This document shows, piece by piece, positions 36,579 through 48,446 of a stretch of DNA of 64,000 nucleotides (position 1 is its first letter; the number at the start of each line of letters is the position of its first letter). The notes beneath the pieces were generated by a model, which worked only from the letters and a program-made list of their open reading frames with translations, was not told where the DNA came from and did not search any database. A program made the position numbers and the translations under genes. This DNA comes from Fimbriosthenelais zetlandica (lineage: Eukaryota): the NCBI GenBank assembly GCA_977030845.1, contig OZ365118.1, positions 20,026,001 to 20,090,000 of the forward strand, read 5' to 3'.

Positions 36579-37885
36579 GCACATTCCGTTAGCAATTCAT
36601 TCGCCCATACCTTTCTCCCAGAATGCCATTCCTTCGCCATAAATATGATGAAGAATCGCAGACTTGTCTATGTCAAACAGAAAATCAGCAGAGAACAAGT
36701 CCTGAAATAGGCTGTAATTGATTAGGTTGGGCGGCATGAATGTATAGGTGGTATATGGTGTAAAAAGTTCACTTTGAAGCAAACAGGACGCGGTGAAAGT
36801 AAAGAGGCAATGTCATCATTTGGTTGAGCATCGCTGATTCAGCAGAAAAAGCCCACATTAGCCAGTCATAAGGAATCTTTGGTAAGAAAGAATCATTTCA
36901 ACTCGCAGATGTTTCAATATGTTGTCCTTGTGAGGGACAGGTGGAAGGAGGAGGCGTGTTTCAACATACGAGACAAAGAGTATTTCTATCTGCATATAAA
37001 CGATTTCCCTGAGACACCAGCATGGAAGCCAATCTAGGCCGGGATAGATCCCCATGGTCCTCCTTACGGGCCACCCCGTGCAGATTAAGTACCGGCCATT
37101 CAATGCTCCTTACGGTTTGATCCGAGACCAAGGCTTAATCCCGGCCAATAGACGTGAATACAAAGCCATGCGATGTAAATACACATAGTAAAGATGGTCA
37201 AACAATGTCTGTATTCATTAAAGTAGACTGCCTCCATCCTCCACCCAGCTTACTACAGCCTGGATCCAGGCTCTGCTATAATCTCAGCCTATACTGTTAT
37301 ATCATCGCAGCAAATGGTTCTATTGTGTTTAGCAAAGGATTAATTTTATGCAGTTTCGAAATACAATGATAGGCTAGAAATGCGGTGCTTCTTTCCTCGA
37401 TAATTAAAAATGGCAATTTGAGCTATAGACCTGATTAAATACATCTCTCTGTATGATAATCCCCTCACAAGTACAGGGTTTTTTGGGTCAATGATAGAGA
37501 TCATTGGAGAGTTGGAGTGAAGTTTTCTAGTTCAGGGCTTAATACAAAGCTTAAAGGCTGGTATTCATCTTTAAAGGCCACTATTAAACTTCAAACATCA
37601 TGAACATTACACATCCATCTAGTGAATAGAAAGCAGCGGTCTGACATGCTAGGATCGCTTTACCAATAAAGTGAAAAACCCCCCATGTTCACTAACAACT
37701 CTCCATCATCATGCAATCTATAGCTTCTCTCCTACTCAATCTTTCCAAACTTATGTTTTTAATTAAGCTGTCCATGATTTTTTCAAGCGTTTCTTTCATA
37801 ATCCCAGATTAAGCCATAAGTACTCATTTTAAGTCTGAGGACCATTATAATTTGATCTAAGTGCTGTGTGTTTTTCTCTTTGCAG

Positions 37886-38109
37886 GATTATACGATAACA
37901 ATATACCTTAATCAATACTGGAAGGATGAACGGTTAGCCTTCTCCAGTAACCACTCAGACTGTATGACACTGACGGGGGACTTCGCTGAGAAGATCTGGG
38001 TCCCTGATACATTCTTTGCCAACGACAAGCATTCCTTCCTTCATGACGTGACAGAGAAGAACAAGATGGTCCGCCTGCACGGGGACGGCTATATAGCCTA
38101 CGGCATGAG
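37886..38109 (+). CDS. Lcch3: Coding exon equivalent to exon 4 (224 nt): DYTITIYLNQYWKDERLAF...WVPDTFFANDK...GDGYIAYGM(R)
   Basis: Acceptor tgtttttctctttgcag|GAT, donor AG|gtgaga. Lies within ORF 37868-38113 and encodes loops D, A and E. Confidence 0.97.
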
Positions 38110-38171
38110 GTGAGATCATACTCTAATAGTTTAATCTCTCGGTTCCATCAAATGCCCAGATACATTTTCAC

Positions 38172-38268
38172 TGGTTGAATGTGAACCCTGATACGATGAT
38201 TTGGTTGGATGTGAACCCTGATACGATGATTTGGTTGAATGTGAACCCTGATACGATGATTTGGTTGG
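38172..38268. repeat. 30-bp tandem repeat x3.2 (TGGTTGRATGTGAACCCTGATACGATGATT)
   Basis: Directly visible, starting 62 nt downstream of the exon-4 donor. Confidence 0.95.
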
Positions 38269-39822
38269 GAAGGGCACTTTGTGAACATATTTGATTAGCA
38301 CACGTGCATATTTTACTAATTAAAATACCTTTCATAAGATTTTTGATTTGAGGCAATGTATTGATTTTTCTCAGGGTTTTTTCTATCACAAATCCCCAGC
38401 TAGCCCATGCTTTATACGCCTGACTATGGCAGACAAGCATCTATGTATGGCCCTTTGTTAAAGCTATAATGCTGTGAAGGAATAACACAAGGTAGAGTGT
38501 ATGCCTAATCTCCCTCCTCCACACCCTCCCATAGGCCATCCCCGACCAGCAAGGCTCAGGTACCAGCAGGAGGAGACGAGGGATTCCCCCTACCCACCAC
38601 TGGTCCCCTGGCTTACCATTCTTTACTGGTTGATAAAGGAAGGAGGAGGGGTGTGTACATTAATCCACTGGTGATAGATAGCAGTGGGAAGAGCGTCATT
38701 CACCACTGAATGACATGGGGCGGAAGCAGACACATTTTTCATTCTTTGTGGAGAAAAAGCATGATAAAAATGGTATAAGTTGAGCCAGACTTTGTCCATA
38801 TTTTCTTGTTGAAAGCTAACGTCAGGAGCCGCCCTGGCTGGCCATTGATATTGGCTGTAGGCTAACTTGAAAGAGTAGACGTGCAGGGTGATAGTCCGAC
38901 TAAATAACTCACTGACCCAAGATTCAAATACACCCCCAATAGCTGTGTAAAGGAAGGGCAATGACAGTATATATCAAGGCAATGTTAGGCTAATATTATA
39001 TTCGGTATGAGGATGGTTCATATCAGCATGGAATGATAGCAGTGAGGGGTGTAAACACCACACATGGACTGATATAAAAGGCATCTCATGTAATTACCAG
39101 CACATTACCATTCATTATTAACATCTTATCATGAGTGGAGAGTGTGGCCATCTTCAGCCTGTCACCTCCAGCCTGTCATCTTCAGCCTGTCACCTCCAGC
39201 CTGGCCTACCACTGGCCTTGTACTGGTGATGAGCACCCTCCGTCCTTCACATAGACTAATTACCACGTTTAACACCTCGTGCTAATGGGCGACTGGCAGA
39301 GTGCCAAGGTTATAGCTAATTATTAAATTACCCCTAATTAACATGCAGGTATAAACTGTTTTCTCTGGTAGTTCTGGTCTCCAGTTAAAAGGCTGATCTA
39401 TAATACTCAAGATTATAAACAGTTGAGATTTACTCGACCAAACACGTCATGATAATAAAGTGAATGGTAAACGGTGGAGAGTACTATAGATTATTGTTCT
39501 AACAGGTCCCTACCTTATTCTGGTAGTGGAGCTACTCACTTGAAACAAAAGCACGAGTTGCAAGCAGTGAAATGCCAAGAGGAAGTGGCCTATATAAGAA
39601 TATCAGCTGAAAGTTGCACAAGAAAGCAGCCACCAAATGTAGCGAGTATAGGAGTATTTTCTAGTTGAAGGAAGTTCATCTTTACACAGGCTGGCCCTGT
39701 CACTAAGATCCATGACCTTTTTACTGCGAGCAGCTCATGTTTATTGGACTCACAGTAAGAGCAAGTGCCCCGTGTGAACCGTCAATATGGGTCAGCAAAT
39801 ATGTGCTCACACCCGACCCCTA

Positions 39823-40002
39823 CACTGTAAAAACGACGGTCAATTAACGGGTAAAATCGTGAAAATACAGCGGTATCATGTAATCTGGATCCCACATAGA
39901 ACTGTGGTATATGTGCTCTGGTTTTAAGTCTAAACACTTGCCAGATTACTTACATTTACAGAGATATCTCACATTTGGAGATTTCTGATGTTTTTAAAAG
40001 TG
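39823..40002. mobile_element. Possible degenerate CACTG-type (EnSpm/CACTA) MITE
   Basis: Left end TA|CACTGTAAAAAC, and a degraded right end GTTTTTAAAAGTG|TA. Confidence 0.3.
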
Positions 40003-42602
40003 TACAAGCCAAAGCCTGGTGCATCGTAAAAGCAAACAACAATCCGCCACCAGCTGCCCCAGGCATGCCTCCTAACGCTATCTCAACTCTCACCCAAACA
40101 CTTTAAAAAATTGCCAATGTTTGCTAAATGTCCCAGGTCCCAATCTGGCCTTAAATGTCATGTAGGCAAATAGCATAGAGGGTTTTTATTAATGCGTCTG
40201 GTATTTAGTGCTGTTAAGGTTGAAAGGTAGAAGCTGTCTTAAGCTGAACAGGAGGCGAGGAAGTGTCACGGAACACGCCCTCTCTCAGCTACCAATATGA
40301 ACATGAATAAAGACCAGGTTTGTCTCTGTAATTCATTGGGTTACAAACAGTGCATCCTAAACAGTGGATGAGAAATTAGTGAGGCTTGTATGAGAGAAAA
40401 ATAGTAACATAACATCCAATTGCAGCACCCTGGCTCACTCAAACATATATAGCATTGATTACAGGTATTTAATATTTAAACATCGCCATAATAGAATCAC
40501 TCCTTTCTACCATTTGTAGCACGAACAAGTGACAATAAACCAATATCAACAACACTTTTCTTTTCGAAAAATCAACAAGGATTAAATTACCTATTCTTGC
40601 AGATTATTTTTTTTCAAAAGGAAAACTAAGAGGGATCCATAGCAACCCTGGAAGTTGGTTTTACTGGGTTTGACCGGATCAATATTATTGTGTTTTCACA
40701 ATTGATTATCTGAGGTGAAACGTGCGTGAGGGAGGGGAGTGGGGAGAGGTGTACATTCACTAGCTGGGAGACTCGCATGCCTCGGGTTAGGGCTATAAGC
40801 TGGGGGAGAGAGGGAGAGTAGTATAGGGGATTGAGACTAGTTTACAGGCACCCTCAGTCCACAGGCACCCTCATGCACAGTGGGCCTATAAGCCTTAAAT
40901 ATAGATAGCCTTGTTCAGGTATTACCAACCTAGTTAAGTTCTGTGGACTGAGAGATTTAAGCAACTGGGAAATGTACATGGTGTCAAAGACTTATTGAGG
41001 TCTTAAATGAACCCTTAACACACCCCAAACACACAGTACCCAACTAAATAATGCTATGATTTCTAATATCATACAGGCCCTATGTCTGGCAGGTAATGAT
41101 GTGAGAATTATTCCCCCTGCCATTAATACAGGGCTATTAATACAGTAGATACTGCCCCTATATCACCCAGCCCCGCCCCTCCCCGCCCCACCCTCTGATT
41201 AATATACCTTTTCATTAAGCATGGCTTTAAATGCACGGTCCGCGGTGGGCAGGTATTTTCCAAGCACTGAACACTTGATTGCGGGCGACTTTAGTAATTG
41301 ATTGAGTGCGGGTTGTGTGATTTATGACCGTTTATTGCCAGTTGGCTGACTTACCAACAACAATAGGCCGATATGAGGCTGATATTAGGCCGATTCCATC
41401 CTCATGTGTCACCATCCAGGCGCACTAAGCTCACACTCAGCTACTGCAGGCAGAAGCTTTGTCGCAATAGTGTCGCAAGCAAACTCTGGGCAGTGGGGTA
41501 CTACCCTTAGAGAAGGGGCCTATAGGAACTTGAAGTGAAGGGATCGTATAGGAAGACTTACAGGAGAGACTGCATGTGCATGGTGGGTTCACACTGCTCC
41601 AGTGTCGCCCCCTCGCGGTGGATGCATGTTTAAGATGAGAGGAGGATAACTGGGTAGCATGCTTGATGGATATGAATGGACGGACATACTGGGACATTTC
41701 TCCTGGCTGTAGCAATCATTGTACAGAGAAAGGCTGGGGTGTGGGAGGGGGACAATCTTTGTAGGTACAGGGTTGGGGTGCATGGCTCATTCTAAAATAA
41801 CATGGCTCATTTTACTGGCAACATCCAATACACTGTGGGAAATGTTAGTTGTTTAATAGCAGAAACCAGCGATTGATATTTAACTGAACTCTACTGACAG
41901 CAGTGAGTGTTATAGTTTAGGAGTGTAGAGGGAGGGTATAAGTCCGTCAGTCTGGTTTAGGAGTGTAGAGGGAGGGTATAAGTCTGTCAATCTGCAGCCA
42001 CTGTGTGGTGTTGATAAAGCTAGAGATGATAAAACTCCTCTCCTGGCTTCCTCTCTACCCTCCCCTCCTTAATGAGACGACTCCACTCAGATTAACTCCT
42101 ATTCTAATACATCATAACACTGTCATTCCTTCCCCTTCCCATCCATTGCCACCTTCTTCTCCCTCCAGCCTCTACTGGGATTTAAATCAATCTCGGCTGT
42201 TAGAGATTTTATAATATATTGCTCAAGTCTTACCGCAGCAAGTCTGTCAATGACTGGTAAGTTATTTTTGTCCATTTTGATTTAGGAAAATCTAGTTTTA
42301 ATAGAATGTAATAGAAACCTAATAGAAATAGGGACAAGGCTAAAGCCATACGTCAATGGATTCTGAGGGGCCTCAAGTTAATGTGCAATCAGGAAGTGGA
42401 CTAAAGTGCAGGGAGGATGTAGGATCATCCATCATGGTATAAACACCACTATTGACCATCAGTGATGGTCACATGTATTGACATGTTTAGTAGCATTAAT
42501 GATCCGGGGAGTATAACATGGGTCTACTCTCAGCCAGTGTGTAACAGTGAAGAGTTAACGGTAGGTGTAGAGCTGGCGGCTAGGTCTGGACATGAGGCCT
42601 GG

Positions 42603-42654
42603 TCATGTCCCACACAGGACGGGATCATGTCCCACACAGGACAGGATCATGTCC
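42603..42654. repeat. 22-bp tandem repeat x2.4 (TCATGTCCCACACAGGACRGGA)
   Basis: Directly visible. Confidence 0.88.
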
Positions 42655-42804
42655 ACCTCCCCCTATACCCGCTCATCCCTCCCACTACTCACTCATCAAT
42701 ATATTTGTTTGCTATGATGGTGACAGGGGTCTGGGGGCAGTACAAGGCCCCCTTGCCTGGCCTTGCTCCCAGCACAAACCAAAACCTCTATCACTGCGTC
42801 TATA

Positions 42805-42985
42805 GTTCATCAATAGATGTCCATCAATAGCCAACATAACTGTTCATCAATAGCCTACATTGGTGTCCATCAATAGCCAACATAGCTGTTCATCAATAGC
42901 CAACATAACTGTTCATCAATAACCCACATTGCTGTTCATCAATAGCCTACATTGATGTTCATCAATGGCCTACATAGCTGTTCTC
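42805..42985. repeat. Degenerate ~21-bp minisatellite (GTTCATCAATAGCC[A/T]ACAT...) x ~8
   Basis: Recurrent catcaatagcc core at ~21-bp period. Confidence 0.88.
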
Positions 42986-43351
42986 TGTAGCCTCACCTGT
43001 TATTTCTATAAGAGGGTTTACATGTCGCTGTAGGCGGGGTGGAGGGAGGCATGCCTTCCCTGCACGTTCACAGGAAGTTACCACAGTCCGGGCTATGGAG
43101 GGAAATGACCTCACAGTTTACCTACACTTAGCTAAAATCAATGTACGGGAGGCGGGCTGACCCGTCCATCTGAGGCTGTCAGTGCTTCATACTGTCCCAC
43201 TGTAGGTTATGTCTATAGGTACATTCTGTATATACTTCACCCACTAATGTCAAACAAACTAACATTGACGTTATGTCCGTCAAAGATCAATACTCAATAG
43301 CTGGTCCTGTGTTCATGAAACATAATTAAAACAGAGAGAAATAAGTAAACA

Positions 43352-43466
43352 TACCTTGGCCACCCTTACCTTGGCCACCCTTACATTGGCCACCCTTACC
43401 TTGGCCACCCTTACATTGGCCACCCTTACCTTGGCCACCCTTACATTGGCCACCCTTACCTTGGCT
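43352..43466. repeat. 15-bp minisatellite x7.7 (TACMTTGGCCACCCT) with alternating C/A variants
   Basis: Variant order C,C,A,C,A,C,A,C read directly. Confidence 0.95.
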
Positions 43467-43761
43467 ATCTCACCTTGGCTTTCCTGATCATCTAACCCTC
43501 ACTCTTCATGTATTCATGCGACAAAATTAAAACAGAGAAATACAAGTAAACAAAGAAGAGAAAGTTCTAACAAACCTAGGTAGTCGGTATCTTGTCGATG
43601 CAGCAAGAAGTTCAGGAAGCAGTGATGCTGATTGTTAGATTTTCTTTTCGTTCTAGGCTCTTGTAGGCTCTGGTACTCTGCAATATAAAAAGATGCAATC
43701 ACTATAAACAGAGAAGAAACATGGCATTATAGAGGATTTATCGTCTTATATAGACAACTGA

Positions 43762-43840
43762 AGTAATATATTTGTACTCTATAGTGATATATTTGTACTC
43801 TATAGTAAGATATATGTACTCAATAGTAATATATTTTGTC
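43762..43840. repeat. 21-bp AT-rich tandem repeat x ~3.5 abutting the exon-5 acceptor
   Basis: Units resembling tagtaatatatttgtactcta. Confidence 0.85.
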
Positions 43841-43851
43841 TATATTTTCAG

Positions 43852-43934
43852 GTTCACCACGACGTTAGCGTGTATGATGGACCTACATTATTATCCCCTA
43901 GACGTCCAGAATTGTACTGTAGAAATAGAAAGCT
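43852..43934 (+). CDS. Lcch3: Coding exon equivalent to exon 5 (83 nt): (R)[27 protein letters not shown], the Cys-loop
   Basis: Acceptor tattttcag|G, donor AGCT|gtaagt. Contains the C-x13-C signature, and 83 nt is the conserved exon size. Confidence 0.97.
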
Positions 43935-46435
43935 GTAAGTACGCCATTTTTTAACTTTTCACGACTTCTTTACATCAGTTCAATCAATTTCAACTCTTGG
44001 GGATTCGTGTGTGAAATGGGAACGAACAGATTGGGTACAAGTAAGCCCCAGAAAATCCCCAAACTTTTTATAACCTTCCAAACAGATACGTTCCTCAAGT
44101 TGAAAATCTTCCATCAACTTAAATATATTTCACAGAAAGTGAGGAAAAGTTGAGAAGAAAATCTATTGAACCATCTGAGTATTGAATCCTACTTTCTTGC
44201 GTGTAAACAAAAATTCCAAGCCAAGAAACTTGATACAAGAAAGTACACATCCACAAGTCCATTTTCGATTTTGCAAGGCAAGCATTTTTTGATAAATAAA
44301 TGCAATCTCCTTTTGGCTGCATGGAGCGCTTGGTGGGGAGGGGGGCTGGGGGAGTGTTTAGATGACCACATCATCATGTCAATGTGATAGAAAGAAGGCG
44401 GGAGGATGCGGCTACACGAGGGCCGTGATGTTCATTATATAAGGCGGCTGAGGCTACAGTAATACCAACACTCCATCAATGCTGCGTCATCTAGATTTCA
44501 CAACATGAAATGTATTTTACATGAGAACGAACTGGACGCGGTCAATAAGCATGGAGGGCTGGATATAGGGGCTGGATGAGCCCAGCTATACATGTACACT
44601 CATAGACAGGCTAATAGATGCCTTCAATCAATTACCTTCTTCCAATAAATACACAACAATTATTCTACATTAAATATCATTCATTTTCTCAGTTCAAAAC
44701 CAACTTATCCTTCTTGTGAATAACCCAACACAATTCTAGAAATATTTGAATTAGGAAAGCATTTGTTATAACTAAATTAGTTATTTTACTACATGTTTCA
44801 TCAGTAATGGTTTGTGAGTGTAAGGGTGAGTCCCTGATACAGCTAAACAATGCGTTAACTTCCTCACTGATGCAGCAGACAGTCCACAAGCCTTGTTCCA
44901 TTCCTCAATCCTCTTACAGCATTTATATCTAGTTGTTATAAGGCAATTTATAGCCGCCAACGCTTCTAACACCCACGCTGTCATCCTTACCGGACCTCAG
45001 TGGTCCTCGGCTGACGGCCTCGGGCTCTCAACCTCCTCACACCATCTCTCCTCATCTGTTTTAGTCCTCAGAAAACCCACAATTTTCCACTCATATCGCA
45101 TTTCACCCAGAGATATTGCAGTGCTGTGGTAGCAAGATCACCAAAAGATCCAAATCTCATCATCGCTAAATAAAATAATGAACTTATGAGATTTAACCTA
45201 AGTCTAATAAAGAACATGTTAAAGTATAACACCTTATGGTAAAATGCTTTAGAATATGATCAAATATTTATGGGAGATTGAATCTAGTAGAGGGCCGAGT
45301 TTAAGGGCAGTTGGGTAAGTTTTAAGGGAAACATGGATGACCTTTAGCCATAAGAGGACATTAAGCGGGGTGGATGATGATTACATGGCTTAACATCGCT
45401 GCTATATGACAGTGAGTGCTCTTGACCTTTACTCAATGATACTTGAGTATACATTAAAGTCCTTACCTACTGACATTAAGATCAATAGCGGGTCGTGGCT
45501 GTCAGCCTACCTTCACATCACCAAAACTCTCACTCAAAATCAATATTTATGTATACACCAAATAAGAGGAGGTTCTAGCTGGAGGCCAACATTTGGGCTT
45601 AAACATTAGTGGGTTATTCCATCAAACAGGGCAGAAATTGGTGATAAATCAGAGCGTTCTTAGACCCAATAATCACTTAATAGACTTTATGAGTAAACAA
45701 CTGGTAATCTTTCCTCTTTCATCATCGGCTGAGTCATTCAGAGCGTCATTCATTCAAATCTCGCCCAGCAAATACATCCTGTTTACTTAATTATTACCCG
45801 GCAAACAATGGTAACAATAGTCTGACCCCATGCGGGGATCAAACTGGCCTGGTGGTTAGTCTGAGTCTGAATGACCAGTAATATCAAATGGTGCGGTGTG
45901 GGTTGGTGCAGTGTTAGGACAGGGATTTATAGCTGATGATTAAGGGGTGGATGTTGTGTACCCAGTGGCTTGTGTATTAGCTCATGGTTCATCCATCATC
46001 TACCACTGGACCATTGACGGGCTTTATGGAGGTGTAGGCCACTTCTCTGTGTTATATTGGTCCCCAGTAAGGCAGACATGGCCCACTATAGCCTCTTTAG
46101 GTCAGGCCAGCATTCTGGACCGCCCCTTGAGATCCAGTTAACATCTGATCCCATGCTCGTTTTTAGTCTCGGGGGGAGTTGTGGGGGTGGGGGGGGGGGG
46201 GGGGGTGGGGGGTGGGGGTGGCATGGGGGAATATCAGGCAACATCTGGCCATGGTGACAAATCCTGTTGTTGCCTCCAGAGTACAATAAACCTAACTTTG
46301 AAATCAATTCACAGGACGTCCCAGGATTTGAGTCCTATATTTACAACAAAGCACCATATATGTCAACAAGTATATTCCACTCCCTGGATCACAAAGTTAC
46401 TAAGTATTTAATATCTTTCTCTGATCTCATTTCAG

Positions 46436-46579
46436 ACGGTTACCCAATGCAAGACGTTATAATGAAATGGAAAGGCAACAAACCAGAAGAGGCGGTGCAT
46501 GGAGTGAGAGACGTAGAGATTCCACAGTTTACAATTGTCGAATACAGAACTATATCAACTGTAGAAAAATTAGCAACAG
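46436..46579 (+). CDS. Lcch3: Coding exon equivalent to exon 6 (144 nt): (Y)GYPMQDVIMKWKGNKPEEAVHGVRDVEIPQFTIVEYRTISTVEKLAT(G)
   Basis: Acceptor tctttctctgatctcatttcag|AC, donor ACAG|gtaaat. Encodes loops B, F and the start of loop C, within ORF 46267-46647. Confidence 0.96.
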
Positions 46580-47087
46580 GTAAATATTCTCCACCTTCTT
46601 CCCACTCTCTTCATTCAATGCTTTCTTGCTTCATGATACATCTTTAAAGTTCCGTTCAGTTCGATTATTTCAATTATCTGCCAATGTATAATAAACATTT
46701 CAGGAAATTAGGAGCAGTGCTTCAACTGCCCATTATTTAGTTTGTTGGCTCGGTCGGTTAAGGATAAAAAATTAAATTCTAATCATGGTAAAGTTGAGGT
46801 GATTTGTAGTTGATGAGTGACATAGATTAATAGAATGTTTGGCCAGGTCTCGTATGTCACTAGTGATATATATACAAGCTATCACCACATGTATTACACT
46901 GGTCACTTGTATAGCTTAATGTTCCCCGTTCACTTTTCACCTAGTGCTAAACACAATGCACTCTAAGACCAGCAGTCAATGACAAGAAATAATCAAGGAT
47001 GACTGGAAATATGTCCCCATGTATTACTTGTATAGGAAGGTCATTCCACTTGAACATTGACCATGGCTTGTGAGAGTAAATCAACCA

Positions 47088-47175
47088 TTGTTTGAGCCAC
47101 GTTCGGCTCAATGTTGGGCCTTGTTTGAGCCATGTTCGGCTCAATGTTCGGCCTTGTTCGGCTCCATGTTCGGCC
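47088..47175. repeat. 33-bp tandem repeat x2.7 with internal GAGCC..GGCTC hairpin
   Basis: ttgtttgagccaygttcggctcaatgttsggcc twice plus a partial copy. Confidence 0.88.
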
Positions 47176-47210
47176 TATTGTATCTGCCAGTAAATAGATA
47201 CCTTTTGTAA

Positions 47211-47857
47211 TGTCACAGTCCGAGGTGACCGTATGTTAGGCAAGCCCCCGACTAAGATAAACCCGGGTAAGTAATAAATCCCAGTTTGGTTTGCCCCCAG
47301 AAAAGTTCCAAGTCGGGGACCGAGTGTATGGGTTAGAGATCTTCACTGATAGCTGAAATTACACGGAGATTTGGCCCAAGACTATTTTATAAATTCAATA
47401 TGGAATGTAGAAATATTCCAAATTTATCTATTGAAACCATACGGGACCCGACTGGGACGAGTTTAGGTGATATTCGTGGGATATAGTCCAAGCTGGACCT
47501 TGGATTGGACGTACGAATTCCTGCCCAGAATGTGACTGTCATTTTTACTCCAACTTTTTATTTTTTTATAACCTAGCCTTGCCCACCTTTGGATGTTAAA
47601 ATGAACCGATTGAGGAACCATGTCCCTACGTTAGGCTTCTCAGCTAGCACATGGATGACTTGAAGAATGCCCCTTTTTGTACATAAGACGTTGACTATTG
47701 CTCGTGCGGGATATAAAGTTTGGATAATAAGACGAACCAATAGTTCTAGTTGCATTGGTCTTATCTTGCTGTACACGCTTTACTCTATGCATTACTCCGT
47801 GTTTGGGGATATGTCATAATGTTCTCACCGGCATTATTGCATTTCTCAAGCGTTACA
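47211..47857 (-). mobile_element. Possible solo LTR or other TE fragment
   Basis: A CpG-richer 647-bp block reading TGTAACG...TGTGACA on the minus strand. No target-site duplication found. Confidence 0.2.
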
Positions 47858-48446
47858 AAACAGAATTCTGCACTTTGACATGCTCCGTGCATTAAATGGA
47901 TGAACTATGTACCAACCATAGAGGTTCTGAGTATGACCAAGGCACATGTGGGACTCATACACACACTGAATATGTTTTTTTATTCATCACTTGGTATTTG
48001 AGCACCTGGCCAACAAGTTCATTAACCTATTCACTGTTGAATTAACAAGTTGCTATGGAGGAATGAAACTTTACCAATCTCTAAGACTAATGAGGTCCAT
48101 GCCTTGATCAATGGGAATCACAGATCAGCCGCTTCCATTATAATGTATTGCTTTATAGCTTCATAAATACATAGAGAACGTGCATTATACTGTAGTTTAG
48201 AGATATACATGGCTGTATGACTAAAGTATCTGTAACTTCTATGTAATTATAAGGCTGCACCTTGGCAGCCAGCATCATATATAAGTCTGTCTATGTAATG
48301 CTGTAGATATCTTATAACTGCACACACAATGTAAAGGAATAAAGACTATGTTATATCCATCATGTAAAGGTATATGACATCACTAGGCATGTGGCATGAC
48401 AGAGCTAACCCATCAACTGATACGCTTCTCTTTTCTTTCTTTGCAG

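Noticed and set aside
623-37885. RDL-style mutually exclusive duplicate of exon 3 (or of exon 6 in its flanking introns)
   Set aside because: A manual scan found no second SEV.M- or GY..D-encoding exon with splice sites. A tBLASTn of the exons against the introns would settle it.
46267-46435. Intron 5 stays open in frame for 56 codons before exon 6 and contains GFESYIY, resembling IESYGY
   Set aside because: No nucleotide similarity to exon 5, and the upstream cag (46315) is in the wrong phase. Chance.
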